Below, one piece after another: positions 1 through 9,154 of a DNA stretch of 64,000 nucleotides. A program made the position numbers and the translations under genes. The stretch lies in IMG/VR virus record IMGVR_UViG_3300027759_000003, positions 45,758 through 109,757 of that record; one strand, 5' to 3'. Position 1 is the stretch's first letter; each line of letters opens with the position of its first letter. Source of the stretch: a virus. The notes under the pieces were generated by a model. It was not told the origin of the DNA, did not search any database, and saw only the letters and a program-made list of their open reading frames with translations.

Positions 1-1
1 C

Positions 2-1504
2 GTTGTCACCATTGATGCCGTAGCAGATACAATTAATCCTGGTGAGACTGCAACAGCAGTAGTATCAGTATCATTTTTGGGAACAAGTATTGGAGATACC
101 GTTTCGGTAATATCTGCAGTACTATCTGCCCCATCTACTGCTAGCGTTCCACAGTTTGCCGTTACAGAAACATCTAGCGCAACAGTGGCACTATCAGCAG
201 ACACAAAAACAGCAGCAGTATCTCCAGCAACTAATACTTCTGGTTATGTTACTGCAAAGTTGACATCATCATTTTATGTGCCTACCGTCGCTGGATCATA
301 TGTAGTTAGATTTATTCCTACATTGACTAGCGCATCTGGTTCAGTTACATCTGCTGCCATTACATGGACAGTTACTGTTACCGCTCCAGACCTTAAGGCA
401 TCAACTGCTTATACAACATCTTTTATTAATACTGGAGAAACAATTTCAGCAACAACAGATGCTACTGTATATGCTTCAAAGACAGTCTCATCTGATGCAG
501 CAGCAGTTATTGTTTTAACTCAAAAGAATGCTGTTAATGCTTCTGCTTCAGAATCTGTTACAGCAACAATTTCAGGAGCGGGTATGTTGGGGTATGGTAC
601 AAACCATACAACAATTAACGGTCTTGGTAGATCATTAGTTGTACCTGCAGGAAACTACATTGGAGTATTCTCTGATGGAACATCTGGAGTAGGAACAATT
701 ACACTTACTTCACAGTCTGGAGCATTATTAGCAACAGAGAAAGTAACATTTTATGGTGACATTGCCAAAGTTGTTACAACTGTAAAGAAGCCAGCAATTG
801 CTGTAGGTTCTAACGCAGACGCAATTTCTGCCGTAGCATATGATGCTGCTGGCGTAGTTGTAGGAGCAGGAACACTAACAGTTACTTCAAATGATCTTAC
901 AGTAATCAGCAACTCAGCAACAACTGCTTCTATCTCTAATGGTGCAGCGTTGTTTTCTTTGGCTGGTGTTAAGACTGGTTCAGTAGGTGTAGTAGTAAAG
1001 AGTGGAACAATCTCTGCAGACACAGTTACTGTGCGTGTAGAGGCTGCCGTTGCTTCTATTAAGTTGGCTTTTGATAAAGCAAACTATGTAGCAGGAGAGC
1101 AAGCCACAATTACTCTTTCACCAGTTGATGCAACAGGTGCCGTATTGTCTGGAAAGACATATGCTAGCCTACTTGCTTCTACAGGAATTACTACAAGTTA
1201 TTCCTTTGGTGGATCAAGCGATACCATTACTGCAACATCTATTACAACTGACGCAAATGGTGTAAAAACTTACAAAGTTTATATGCCATTATCTGCAGGA
1301 GCAGTTACTATCAGCGCAACTGGTGGAACTGATTTACCAGCAGCAGGTCAAGTAAAGGTGTCAGCATCTGCAACAGTAACTGATTCAGCATCACAAGCAC
1401 TTGCTGCTGTGGCTGCATTAACTGTAACCGTTGCACAACTTAAGACATTAATCACAACCTTGACTAATCTTGTATTAAAGATTCAGAAAAAGGTTAAGGC
1501 TTAA
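2..1504 (+). CDS. Ala/Thr/Ser/Val-rich multi-Ig-like surface (S-layer-like) protein, 5'-truncated by window edge
   Basis: Frame is open from position 2, so the start lies upstream of the window. Beta-rich Ig-like repeats; C-terminal amphipathic helix ending LVLKIQKKVKA. Confidence 0.7.
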   Translation, partial: VVTIDAVADTINPGETATAVVSVSFLGTSIGDTVSVISAVLSAPSTASVPQFAVTETSSATVALSADTKTAAVSPATNTSGYVTAKLTSSFYVPTVAGSYVVRFIPTLTSASGSVTSAAITWTVTVTAPDLKASTAYTTSFINTGETISATTDATVYASKTVSSDAAAVIVLTQKNAVNASASESVTATISGAGMLGYGTNHTTINGLGRSLVVPAGNYIGVFSDGTSGVGTITLTSQSGALLATEKVTFYGDIAKVVTTVKKPAIAVGSNADAISAVAYDAAGVVVGAGTLTVTSNDLTVISNSATTASISNGAALFSLAGVKTGSVGVVVKSGTISADTVTVRVEAAVASIKLAFDKANYVAGEQATITLSPVDATGAVLSGKTYASLLASTGITTSYSFGGSSDTITATSITTDANGVKTYKVYMPLSAGAVTISATGGTDLPAAGQVKVSASATVTDSASQALAAVAALTVTVAQLKTLITTLTNLVLKIQKKVKA

Positions 1505-1522
1505 CAACTCCTTATAAAAATT

Positions 1523-1552
1523 GAGGGTAGATTAATTTCTACCCTCTTTTTT
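1523..1552 (+). terminator. Intrinsic terminator
   Basis: GAGGGTAGA/TCTACCCTC stem followed by T6. Confidence 0.85.
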
Positions 1553-1607
1553 ATTGCATAAAAATGGTATAATTACTAATATAATTACACATTGGAGAGC
1601 CTTATAA

Positions 1608-4214
1608 TTGACTAACCTTAAACGAAGACTAGTATTAGCCTTTGGGGTAGGGTTGTGTTTAACAATTTTTGGGATAATGGCTCCTGATCGTGCCCATGCT
1701 ACAGAAAATCAAGAACAAGTTGTTGTAAGTCCCGCTCAACAAGCAGTTAATACAGCCCTTGCAACAGCCACTACAGAGGTTCAACAGGCTATTACAGCCA
1801 CAGATACTGCCACTGCCACCATAGCCGTAGCAGTTTCTGAAAGAGTAGAGGCTCAGGCAGCGGTAGATACAGTAACAGCCACAATAGCAGTAGCACAATC
1901 AAATGTAGCCTTAGTAGACACAGCAACAGCCACAATTAGTTCTGTAGATTTATCTGTTACACCAATAGATCAAAGTTCTCAAATAGTTATAGATGCAAAA
2001 AATACAATTACAACAGCACAAACCTCCATAAATAATATTGACACATTAACTGCACAGGTACAAATATCTGAAGCCGTTGCAGCAAAAACAACAGCAACAA
2101 CAGCACAAGCCACCGCACAAACCGAACTAACTCAAGCCAACATTGCAATTGATAATGCTCAAACAGCAGTAAATAATTTACAAGCCACCATTGGAACTAG
2201 CACTAATGTTCTTGCTGGCGTAGACGATGCTGGCGTTAAAATGAATCTTCCATTCGGAATGCAAATGGGTGGAACTTTATATAACAATGTATTTGTTGGG
2301 TCTAATGCAACCATAACATTTGGTGTTAACGAAGGTCCTAATTATTATTCTACTCCAAGTGCACCATCCGTATCTATTGCTGGCTGGGACTGGACAACTT
2401 GGAGCACAGGAACTGGAATTACATATGCAACTACTGGAACAAGTTTAGATATTGCATGGGACCTTCGCCCTTATCCACAACAAGATGCTTCAACACAAAT
2501 GGTTCAAGTAAGATTTAATGCTGATGTGAATCCCAATGATGGTGCTTGGATGGCAACTGTTAGTGCTAATGGACCAATACCTAATGGAGCAAGATTTAAT
2601 TATAGAGAAACTACAAATGGAAATGTAAATAATATTGAGGATATAAATTCTGGGTCAGGATTCAACGGACAAATAAGTCAAGGTGCAGCATTTACTCCAT
2701 ATGTAGACCCAAATACTTCAACAATTCAAGCAGCAGTAGATTCTGCAAATGCTACAATTGCACAGTTAAACTCAAGTCTTACTCCAGTAGTTGCTCAAAA
2801 TACTACAAACACATCAGCAATAAATGCTATTAATACAACATCTTTAACTAATGCCGTAAACTCAGCGGTATCTAGTAAAACAAACTTACAAACACAATTA
2901 AATACAAATGCTCAAGAGTTAATTACAGCAATTAATACTCATATTCCTACTCCAGCCCCAGTGTTATCAGAACCAGTAATTGAAGGAACGACAGTTGTTA
3001 TTACGCCTGAATTGCCAGAAGGATACACAGCCAATACTTGGTTTTATCAAGTAATAACGAATGATCCAGATGCAGAAAACCCATATGAAGGTGGAACATA
3101 TAATACAACTGGTGCTCCAGAATCTATTGAATTAACTGGTTTGACAGAAGGCTCTACCTATACTGTTAGAGTTGCTAACTGGTCTGGACCTGTAAGTGAG
3201 TATACAGAGGTTGTTATTTCTATACCCGCACCAGAAGAAATTATTATAGCCCCAGCCCCAGAGCCAGTTTTTATTTATGCGCCTGAACAAACCTTACCAG
3301 ACGAGACCATTCCAACTGAAGAGGAGAATACAGAAACAGAAGAGATTCCTGTAGAGGAAATTCCTGTGGAAGAAATCCCTGTTGAAGAAGTGCCTTCTGA
3401 AGAAACTGAATCTCCCGAAACGGATACACCTGAATTTGATGAATCTTCATCCAACGATGAACTAGAAAATATTCTTGAAGAAAATCAGGATTTTTTTGAA
3501 GAAATAGCACAAGATAATGATACCTTATCTGTAGAACAAATACAAGACATAGTTAGTGATTTAGTTGCAGATAGTGGTTTAAATGCATCTGAAGTTGCAG
3601 AAGTATTAGAGGCAATTGCTCAGGGCGGAGAGGTATCTGAAGAAGTTGCTGCAGAAGTTTCATCTGTATTATCAGAGGGCGGACTAACAGAATCAGAAGC
3701 AGATTTTATTACAGAAATGCTTTCTGCAGATGGAGAAATAACAACTGCAGAAGTTGTTAATTTGTCAGAGGCATTAAACGAAGACGGTAAGTTTACTTTA
3801 GTAGAAAAAGATTTAGTTGCAGACGTATTAGTATCATCAGCAGAGGGAGCACCAGTAACTGCTGCAAACATAGAATCGGCGGGACTTGAATATCGTGATC
3901 TTCCTCCTACAATTCCAGTAGAAGTAAGAGAAGATGCTAGCGGTAACCCTGTGGTTATTACTGCAGAGGTGGCTTCAGCATTGCTTGTATTAGAAAGTCC
4001 AGCAGCATTATTAGATGCGGTTGCTACTTGTTTTAATCCAGATGAAGCAATTGAAGGTTTGACAGAAGAGCAAAAATGTGAGTTAGGTAAAGCCTTACTC
4101 AGCATGGGTGCTGACATGTCTATACCAGAACGTGAAAAAGCAGAAGATATTGTAGTTGTAACAATTATTGCTGGTCAATTAATTGTTGCTACTGCACCTA
4201 GAAGAAGGAGATAA
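1608..4214 (+). CDS. Large exported protein: signal peptide, coiled-coil, beta domain, FN3 domain, acidic stalk, C-terminal membrane anchor
   Basis: N-terminal hydrophobic segment plus AHA cleavage motif; FN3 signature (LTGLTEGSTYTVRVAN); EEIPV repeats; hydrophobic tail ending RRRR. Confidence 0.75.
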   Translation: MTNLKRRLVLAFGVGLCLTIFGIMAPDRAHATENQEQVVVSPAQQAVNTALATATTEVQQAITATDTATATIAVAVSERVEAQAAVDTVTATIAVAQSNVALVDTATATISSVDLSVTPIDQSSQIVIDAKNTITTAQTSINNIDTLTAQVQISEAVAAKTTATTAQATAQTELTQANIAIDNAQTAVNNLQATIGTSTNVLAGVDDAGVKMNLPFGMQMGGTLYNNVFVGSNATITFGVNEGPNYYSTPSAPSVSIAGWDWTTWSTGTGITYATTGTSLDIAWDLRPYPQQDASTQMVQVRFNADVNPNDGAWMATVSANGPIPNGARFNYRETTNGNVNNIEDINSGSGFNGQISQGAAFTPYVDPNTSTIQAAVDSANATIAQLNSSLTPVVAQNTTNTSAINAINTTSLTNAVNSAVSSKTNLQTQLNTNAQELITAINTHIPTPAPVLSEPVIEGTTVVITPELPEGYTANTWFYQVITNDPDAENPYEGGTYNTTGAPESIELTGLTEGSTYTVRVANWSGPVSEYTEVVISIPAPEEIIIAPAPEPVFIYAPEQTLPDETIPTEEENTETEEIPVEEIPVEEIPVEEVPSEETESPETDTPEFDESSSNDELENILEENQDFFEEIAQDNDTLSVEQIQDIVSDLVADSGLNASEVAEVLEAIAQGGEVSEEVAAEVSSVLSEGGLTESEADFITEMLSADGEITTAEVVNLSEALNEDGKFTLVEKDLVADVLVSSAEGAPVTAANIESAGLEYRDLPPTIPVEVREDASGNPVVITAEVASALLVLESPAALLDAVATCFNPDEAIEGLTEEQKCELGKALLSMGADMSIPEREKAEDIVVVTIIAGQLIVATAPRRRR

Positions 4215-4215
4215 A

Positions 4216-4392
4216 ATGAAAAAGTTAAAACAATGGGGTATGGCAGCCCTAAATGAGAACTTTACATTCCTGGGCTTCTTTGTAGCATGGGTGGTTTTAG
4301 AGGGCAGCGCAAAGACGGTAGTAGGGTATGTAACCCTAGCATCGGTAGCCATATGGTTTGCAACCATAGGAATTCGTAAAGAAGACGAATAA
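4216..4392 (+). CDS. Small 2-TM membrane protein
   Basis: AAGGAG RBS before ATG 4216; two hydrophobic segments. Confidence 0.7.
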   Translation: MKKLKQWGMAALNENFTFLGFFVAWVVLEGSAKTVVGYVTLASVAIWFATIGIRKEDE

Positions 4393-4410
4393 GTTTGATA
4401 TAATGGGAGT

Positions 4411-4617
4411 ATGTTAAAATTACGCATACTCCTACTATCAAGCATCCTAGCATTAGGATTGTCTGGTTGTGGATATGATGGTCACTATAGATACCCATGC
4501 CAAAACCCAACAAACTGGGAATCAGCAGAATGCAAACCACCAATTTGTACTGCTAACGGAGCATGTCCAGAAGACTTAACACAACTAGAAAAGGTGGAGG
4601 GAACACAGAATGGCTAA
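4411..4617 (+). CDS. Small Cys-rich lipoprotein
   Basis: Lipobox LSGC after a hydrophobic signal; four further Cys. Confidence 0.7.
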   Translation: MLKLRILLLSSILALGLSGCGYDGHYRYPCQNPTNWESAECKPPICTANGACPEDLTQLEKVEGTQNG

Positions 4618-5017
4618 AGAAAGATTAACTCCTCAAGAGTTAGATGCAAGATTAAAGTTTATCCTAGGAATTACTTTAGGATCAATTTTATTTATAACTG
4701 CAACAGGAATTATGTATGCTCTTATATTTGTTACACAACCGATTACAGGACAATCAGAAAACGATAAAATGTTTTTTAACGTTCTTGGTAGCGTAGCAAC
4801 ATTTATTACAGGAACACTTGCTGGTCTTCTTATAGGATCATCTGGCGCTAAAGATGTTATGGCAGCACAGATTGCAAACAAAGAGGTTGATGCCAAAAAT
4901 ACAATGGCAGATAAAAAACTTGAATCAGAAATTGATGATGCTAAAGCACGTAGACTAAACAAGCCTGATGGAGCAATGCCAGAGGAACAACCTGTTGACG
5001 CAAATTGGGATAAATAA
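4610..5017 (+). CDS. 2-TM membrane protein (possible holin or lysis accessory)
   Basis: Two TM helices and a charged C-terminal tail, directly upstream of the endolysin. Confidence 0.6.
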   Translation: MAKERLTPQELDARLKFILGITLGSILFITATGIMYALIFVTQPITGQSENDKMFFNVLGSVATFITGTLAGLLIGSSGAKDVMAAQIANKEVDAKNTMADKKLESEIDDAKARRLNKPDGAMPEEQPVDANWDK

Positions 5018-5019
5018 TA

Positions 5020-5595
5020 ATGGCGGAGCAAGGTACAGCAGCCCGTCTTATTGAAGTTGCTACTGCAGAAGTAGGAACTGTTGAAGGTCCTAAAGATAAT
5101 GAAACCAAGTATGGTAAGTTTACTAAAGCAGACTTCCAACCATGGTGCGGATCATTTGTTAATTGGTGTGGCAATGAGGCTGGAGTAAAAATTCCAAATA
5201 CCGTCTATACTCCTGGTGGCGCACAAGCATTTAAAAAAGCAAACTCATGGATTGACGGAGACTTAGCAGATCCAGAGCCAGGAGACATTGCATACTTTGA
5301 TTTTCCATCTGACGGGGTAGATAGAATTAGTCACGTAGCAATAGTAGTAGCAGACAATGGGGATGGAACAGTTTGGTGTGTTGAAGGTAACACTTCTGGA
5401 GATCCTAAAGGTAGCCAACGTAATGGTGGAGAGGTTTGTAAAAAACTTCGTGCTTTTAAGAAAAATAAAAAAGGAATTATGGTTTCTATTGTAGGGTTTG
5501 GCAGACCTAAGTTTGGCTCTGCGCCTGCAGGTACTGCTAAAAAGGCTGCGGCTAAGCCTAAAACATGCTCAGCATGTGGTCAAATCATTAAATAA
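5020..5595 (+). CDS. CHAP-domain endolysin
   Basis: PWCGSFVNW catalytic Cys, SHVAIV His, VEGNT motif, PGDIAYF. Confidence 0.9.
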   Translation: MAEQGTAARLIEVATAEVGTVEGPKDNETKYGKFTKADFQPWCGSFVNWCGNEAGVKIPNTVYTPGGAQAFKKANSWIDGDLADPEPGDIAYFDFPSDGVDRISHVAIVVADNGDGTVWCVEGNTSGDPKGSQRNGGEVCKKLRAFKKNKKGIMVSIVGFGRPKFGSAPAGTAKKAAAKPKTCSACGQIIK

Positions 5596-5601
5596 AGGTG
5601 T

Positions 5602-5630
5602 TTGACTAAGCAATAATCATTTGCTATACT
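5602..5630 (+). promoter_or_regulatory. Primary-sigma promoter
   Basis: TTGACT-17 bp-(TGC)TATACT. Confidence 0.75.
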
Positions 5631-5660
5631 TAAAGGGTATACTCTGAGGGGATTTTCTAT

Positions 5661-6185
5661 ATGACAGTCTTGGCTGTAGTTCGTCATGAAAATAAAATCT
5701 ACATGGCTGGTGATCGTGGTGCCTCAGACGATAACACCATCCTTTCATTAACCTCTCCAAAAGTTTGGAAACTTGGTCCATATTTAATTGGATATGCTGG
5801 AGCGCTAGATGGTGAACGTATTCGTTATAATTTTAATCCATATGTTCCAGATATAAAAGATTTAGATAAGTTTATGCAAACTAAGTTTATTAAACAACTT
5901 AGAGATTTTTATAATAACTGGTGGGTAGATACTACTAAAGAAGGTGATTTAGGTCTTATTATTTGTGTTAAAGGTCAAATATATGAACACAATGCTATTG
6001 ATATGTCTTTATCTAAATATAATTTAGATTATTTAGCAATGGGTTCAGGTGCAGAATACGCTTACGGATATTTAAATGCTACAGAAAAATCTAAGGATCC
6101 TCGCAAAAGAGTTGTTGGAGCGGTAAATGCAGCAATAAAATTTAGTCCATCTTGCATGGGTCCAGTTGACGTGGTAAACATTTAA
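5661..6185 (+). CDS. Ntn-hydrolase, HslV/proteasome beta-subunit-like peptidase
   Basis: N-terminal Met-Thr nucleophile, AGDR, KV and AMGSG motifs. Confidence 0.8.
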   Translation: MTVLAVVRHENKIYMAGDRGASDDNTILSLTSPKVWKLGPYLIGYAGALDGERIRYNFNPYVPDIKDLDKFMQTKFIKQLRDFYNNWWVDTTKEGDLGLIICVKGQIYEHNAIDMSLSKYNLDYLAMGSGAEYAYGYLNATEKSKDPRKRVVGAVNAAIKFSPSCMGPVDVVNI

Positions 6186-6200
6186 GGGTATAATTTATAT

Positions 6201-6419
6201 ATGGCAAACTTTGACGATATATTAAAAGATTTACAAGATGAGTCATCAAGTCTTGATGAGTTTGAGATTTGGTTAACTAACGGAATTGAGCGGGGCTGGG
6301 TAACAGAACCGTTTTGCAACACTCATGAAGGAGATCCTTATATGAGTGATGAAGAAGCACAAGAATGGGAAGAGGGCGGAGACCCTTGTCAAGTAGTAAT
6401 TAAAATAAATAACAACTAA
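6201..6419 (+). CDS. Acidic hypothetical protein (CxxH, DPC motifs)
   Basis: ORF with upstream extended -10. Confidence 0.7.
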   Translation: MANFDDILKDLQDESSSLDEFEIWLTNGIERGWVTEPFCNTHEGDPYMSDEEAQEWEEGGDPCQVVIKINNN

Positions 6420-6432
6420 TAAAAGGGGTAAA

Positions 6433-7434
6433 ATGAAAAAAATAGTGGTGGGAATTATAACTGTATTAGGTTTAACATTAATTCAATCACCTGCACATGC
6501 AGAGGTTTGTTCTACTGGAACTATTACCGTTTCTGGTATTAATACTTTTGGTCAACTTCCATGTACAGATCCTGGAACTGAGATTAATGTAACCGTTCGT
6601 GGTTTACATGATTATGGAGTTTCTGGTGGATTAACTGCCTATTGCTCATTTAATTACGTAAGGAGAAATTTAGGTACAGTTGAAAAACCTAATTGGTCAG
6701 CATCTACAAATACTGTTTGTGATCCAAAACCAACTCCTCCTGCACCAACTCCTACGCCAGTGCCTACGCCAACTCCTACGCCAGTGCCTACGCCAACTCC
6801 TACGCCAGTGCCTACGCCAGTGCCAAGTGTTGAAACTAGGACGGTATCAACAGGTACATCGTCAACTTCATCAACAACTACAACTAATAACAATACAACA
6901 ACCAATCAATTAAATGGTTATGCAGTAGTACATCCTACTGGATATGTATGTGGAGTTATTGTTGGTGGCTCATACTTTGCAGGAAATGATAAAACTATGA
7001 CATCAGAGTATATGGGTTGTCCAGTAGGTAGTAAAATAATTTCACAAACAAACGCATCTCCAGAAGGAAATGTTGCTGGATGGCATGGTCAAAATGTAAC
7101 ATATAATCAAAATCAATTTGCAATCAAAAATGATTCTGGAACTGTTACAACTACTATTCAAAATGGAGTAGCAACAGATTTGAACGGTAGAACTTGGGAT
7201 ACTGGTTCAGGTGCTTGTATTAGTCAATGTACTACAACAAGTATTTCTGATACAACTACTGCAACTACTGATACTTCAACTGCTCAGTTAAGATCTTTTA
7301 ATGCGGGTGAAGTTATTACTACAGAAAGTAAAGTTTTAGCACTTATTAAAAGTTATTTAGCAAATAATTCTTATAGTTCTGTATTAAATAGGCTTGGTAG
7401 AATTACAAGACAAATAGGTAATTTGTTCTTGTAA
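6433..7434 (+). CDS. Secreted protein with Pro/Thr-rich linker
   Basis: Signal peptide (AHA); Cys-paired domains separated by (PTPTPVPT)n and a Thr/Ser tract. Confidence 0.75.
   Translation: MKKIVVGIITVLGLTLIQSPAHAEVCSTGTITVSGINTFGQLPCTDPGTEINVTVRGLHDYGVSGGLTAYCSFNYVRRNLGTVEKPNWSASTNTVCDPKPTPPAPTPTPVPTPTPTPVPTPTPTPVPTPVPSVETRTVSTGTSSTSSTTTTNNNTTTNQLNGYAVVHPTGYVCGVIVGGSYFAGNDKTMTSEYMGCPVGSKIISQTNASPEGNVAGWHGQNVTYNQNQFAIKNDSGTVTTTIQNGVATDLNGRTWDTGSGACISQCTTTSISDTTTATTDTSTAQLRSFNAGEVITTESKVLALIKSYLANNSYSSVLNRLGRITRQIGNLFL
6745..6816 (+). repeat. Perfect 24-bp tandem repeat x3 (PTPTPVPT)
   Basis: CCAACTCCTACGCCAGTGCCTACG, three exact copies. Confidence 0.95.
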
Positions 7435-7441
7435 TAGGCTT

Positions 7442-7517
7442 TGGGTTGTAACTCAGTTGGCAGAGTGAGGAACTGTTAATTCCTAAGTCGTAGGTTCGAA
7501 TCCTACCAACCCAGCCA
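7442..7517 (+). tRNA. tRNA-Asn(GTT)
   Basis: TGGGTTG/CAACCCA acceptor, AGGAA-CTGTTAA-TTCCT anticodon arm, GTTCGAATC, encoded CCA. Confidence 0.93.
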
Positions 7518-7518
7518 A

Positions 7519-7589
7519 GCGAATATTGCATAGTGGTAGTGCGTAACCTTGCCAAGGTTAATGTGCGAGTTCGATTCTCGCTATTCGCT
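7519..7589 (+). tRNA. tRNA-Gly(GCC)
   Basis: GCGAATA/TATTCGC acceptor, TAACC-TTGCCAA-GGTTA anticodon arm, GTTCGATTC. Confidence 0.92.
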
Positions 7590-7593
7590 CTCT

Positions 7594-7665
7594 GTCCCTA
7601 TCGTCTAGTGGTTAGGACAACACCCTTTCACGGTGTAAACGAGAGTTCAATTCTCTCTAGGGATA
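7594..7665 (+). tRNA. tRNA-Glu(TTC)
   Basis: GTCCCTA/TAGGGAT acceptor, ACACC-CTTTCAC-GGTGT anticodon arm. Confidence 0.9.
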
Positions 7666-7666
7666 C

Positions 7667-7738
7667 GCCTCCTTAACTCAGGGGTAGAGTACCCGCCTTG
7701 TAAGCGGGTTGTCGTAGGTTCAAATCCTACAGGAGGCT
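7667..7738 (+). tRNA. tRNA-Thr(TGT)
   Basis: GCCTCCT/AGGAGGC acceptor, CCCGC-CTTGTAA-GCGGG anticodon arm, GTTCAAATC. Confidence 0.92.
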
Positions 7739-7810
7739 CAATAAATGGTATAATAGGATTGTATCTGCCTACGGGGGATACATAAACTAACTCGCTGAAA
7801 AGGAGAAAAA

Positions 7811-8230
7811 ATGGTAAGTTCGTTTGCATTGGATCTTTTTAAGGATCCATTTTTTATTGGTTTCAATCGTGAATTGGACCGTTTAAGTACAGTACACAAT
7901 CTAGCAACTCGTCAGGCATATCCGCCATACGATATCTTAAAATTAGACGAAGATACATACAGATTATCTTTGGCTGTTGCTGGATTTTCAAAAACAGATA
8001 TTAATGTTTCAGTAGATAATGGAACATTAATAATTAAAGGTGAAATAGTAGAAGTAACAGATGCTGAAGTTGTTCATAAGGGAATCGCTGCTCGTAAATT
8101 TACTCGCACATTTGCTCTTGGTGAATACATGGAAGTATCTAGTGCTGAACTTAAGGATGGCATGCTTACAGTTAATATTGTTCGTATTGTTCCTGAAGAC
8201 AAGAAACCTAAAGTAATTAAAATAAAATAA
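7811..8230 (+). CDS. hsp20: Small heat-shock protein (Hsp20/IbpA family)
   Basis: YPPYDI, LAVAGF, HKGIAARKFTRTF and LKDGML motifs. Confidence 0.95.
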   Translation: MVSSFALDLFKDPFFIGFNRELDRLSTVHNLATRQAYPPYDILKLDEDTYRLSLAVAGFSKTDINVSVDNGTLIIKGEIVEVTDAEVVHKGIAARKFTRTFALGEYMEVSSAELKDGMLTVNIVRIVPEDKKPKVIKIK

Positions 8231-8238
8231 ATAAACAA

Positions 8239-8263
8239 CCTAGGCATGTTGTAAAACTGCCTA
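8239..8263 (+). ncRNA. Conserved 3'-UTR hairpin motif (covariant copy)
   Basis: CC-TAGGCA-TG-TTGT-AAAAC-TGCCTA, 8 nt after the hsp20 stop; same architecture as five copies in the early region. Confidence 0.6.
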
Positions 8264-8300
8264 TTATTTGATATACTTAGATATAACTATAGGAGAATTA

Positions 8301-8474
8301 ATGCCAAGATATGATTACAAATGCTCTGTTTGTTCTTCACAAATTGAGTTTGAAAAAAAATTTGATGAAGAAAAATATCCAGTATGCTGTAATCAATCTA
8401 TGCAAAGACTTTGGAGTGCTCCTACTGCAATTTTTAACGGTAGTGGATTTTATTCAACAGACAATAGAAAGTAG
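8301..8474 (+). CDS. FmdB-like zinc-ribbon protein
   Basis: MPRYDYKCSVC...CC...F.GSGFYSTD; AGGAG RBS. Confidence 0.85.
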   Translation: MPRYDYKCSVCSSQIEFEKKFDEEKYPVCCNQSMQRLWSAPTAIFNGSGFYSTDNRK

Positions 8475-8489
8475 CGATATAATAGTACT

Positions 8490-8747
8490 ATGACAAACAT
8501 ATTAAAAGATCATCCAAGCGTAAAGCCAAAACAATGGGTTTTAGATGCAAAAGATCGTTGTGATACATGCCAAGCACAAGCCTTAGTCAAAGTCAAAGGG
8601 GCTTCTGGAGAATTAATGTTTTGTAGTCATCACTACGATAAGATAATGAATAACTCTGAGTCATATGCAAAGATGATGTCTTTCATGTTAGAGGTTCTTG
8701 ATGAGCGTGAAAAGTTAGTTGAAAATAGAGCGATTGGGGCAGTGTAA
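8490..8747 (+). CDS. Zn-finger hypothetical protein
   Basis: DRCDTC...LMFCSHH motif typical of small actinobacterial proteins. Confidence 0.7.
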   Translation: MTNILKDHPSVKPKQWVLDAKDRCDTCQAQALVKVKGASGELMFCSHHYDKIMNNSESYAKMMSFMLEVLDEREKLVENRAIGAV

Positions 8748-9154
8748 TGTATGAGTATTTTGTTAGAGAAGTAAAAAGTGTTGTTGATGGAGATACCATT
8801 GACGTAATTATTGATTTAGGGTTTGATATTTTATTTTCATCCCGTGTTCGTTTGGCTGGCATCGATACGCCAGAGTCACGTACAACAGACAAGGCTGAAA
8901 AGGCTCTTGGTCTTGAGGCTAAAGAATATTTAAAGAAACAGTTAAAGGATGCTAAGTCAGTTGTTATTCGTACAGAAAAAATGAATTCTTCTGAAAAATA
9001 TGGACGTATTCTTGGTTGGATATATATTAATGGAGAATCAGAGTCTATTAATAATAAAATGATTAATGATGGATATGCTTGGGGATACCTTGGCGAAACC
9101 AAAATTAAAGATTTTGAAGTATTAAAAAAGGCTAGAGTAAAGTCTGGCAAATGA
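8747..9154 (+). CDS. Staphylococcal nuclease-like (thermonuclease) protein
   Basis: VVDGDTI, VRLAGIDTPE, KYGRILG, IN.KMI.DGYA. Confidence 0.93.
   Translation: MYEYFVREVKSVVDGDTIDVIIDLGFDILFSSRVRLAGIDTPESRTTDKAEKALGLEAKEYLKKQLKDAKSVVIRTEKMNSSEKYGRILGWIYINGESESINNKMINDGYAWGYLGETKIKDFEVLKKARVKSGK

Noticed and set aside
7647-7829. 60-aa minus-strand ORF
   Set aside because: Antisense to tRNA-Glu and tRNA-Thr
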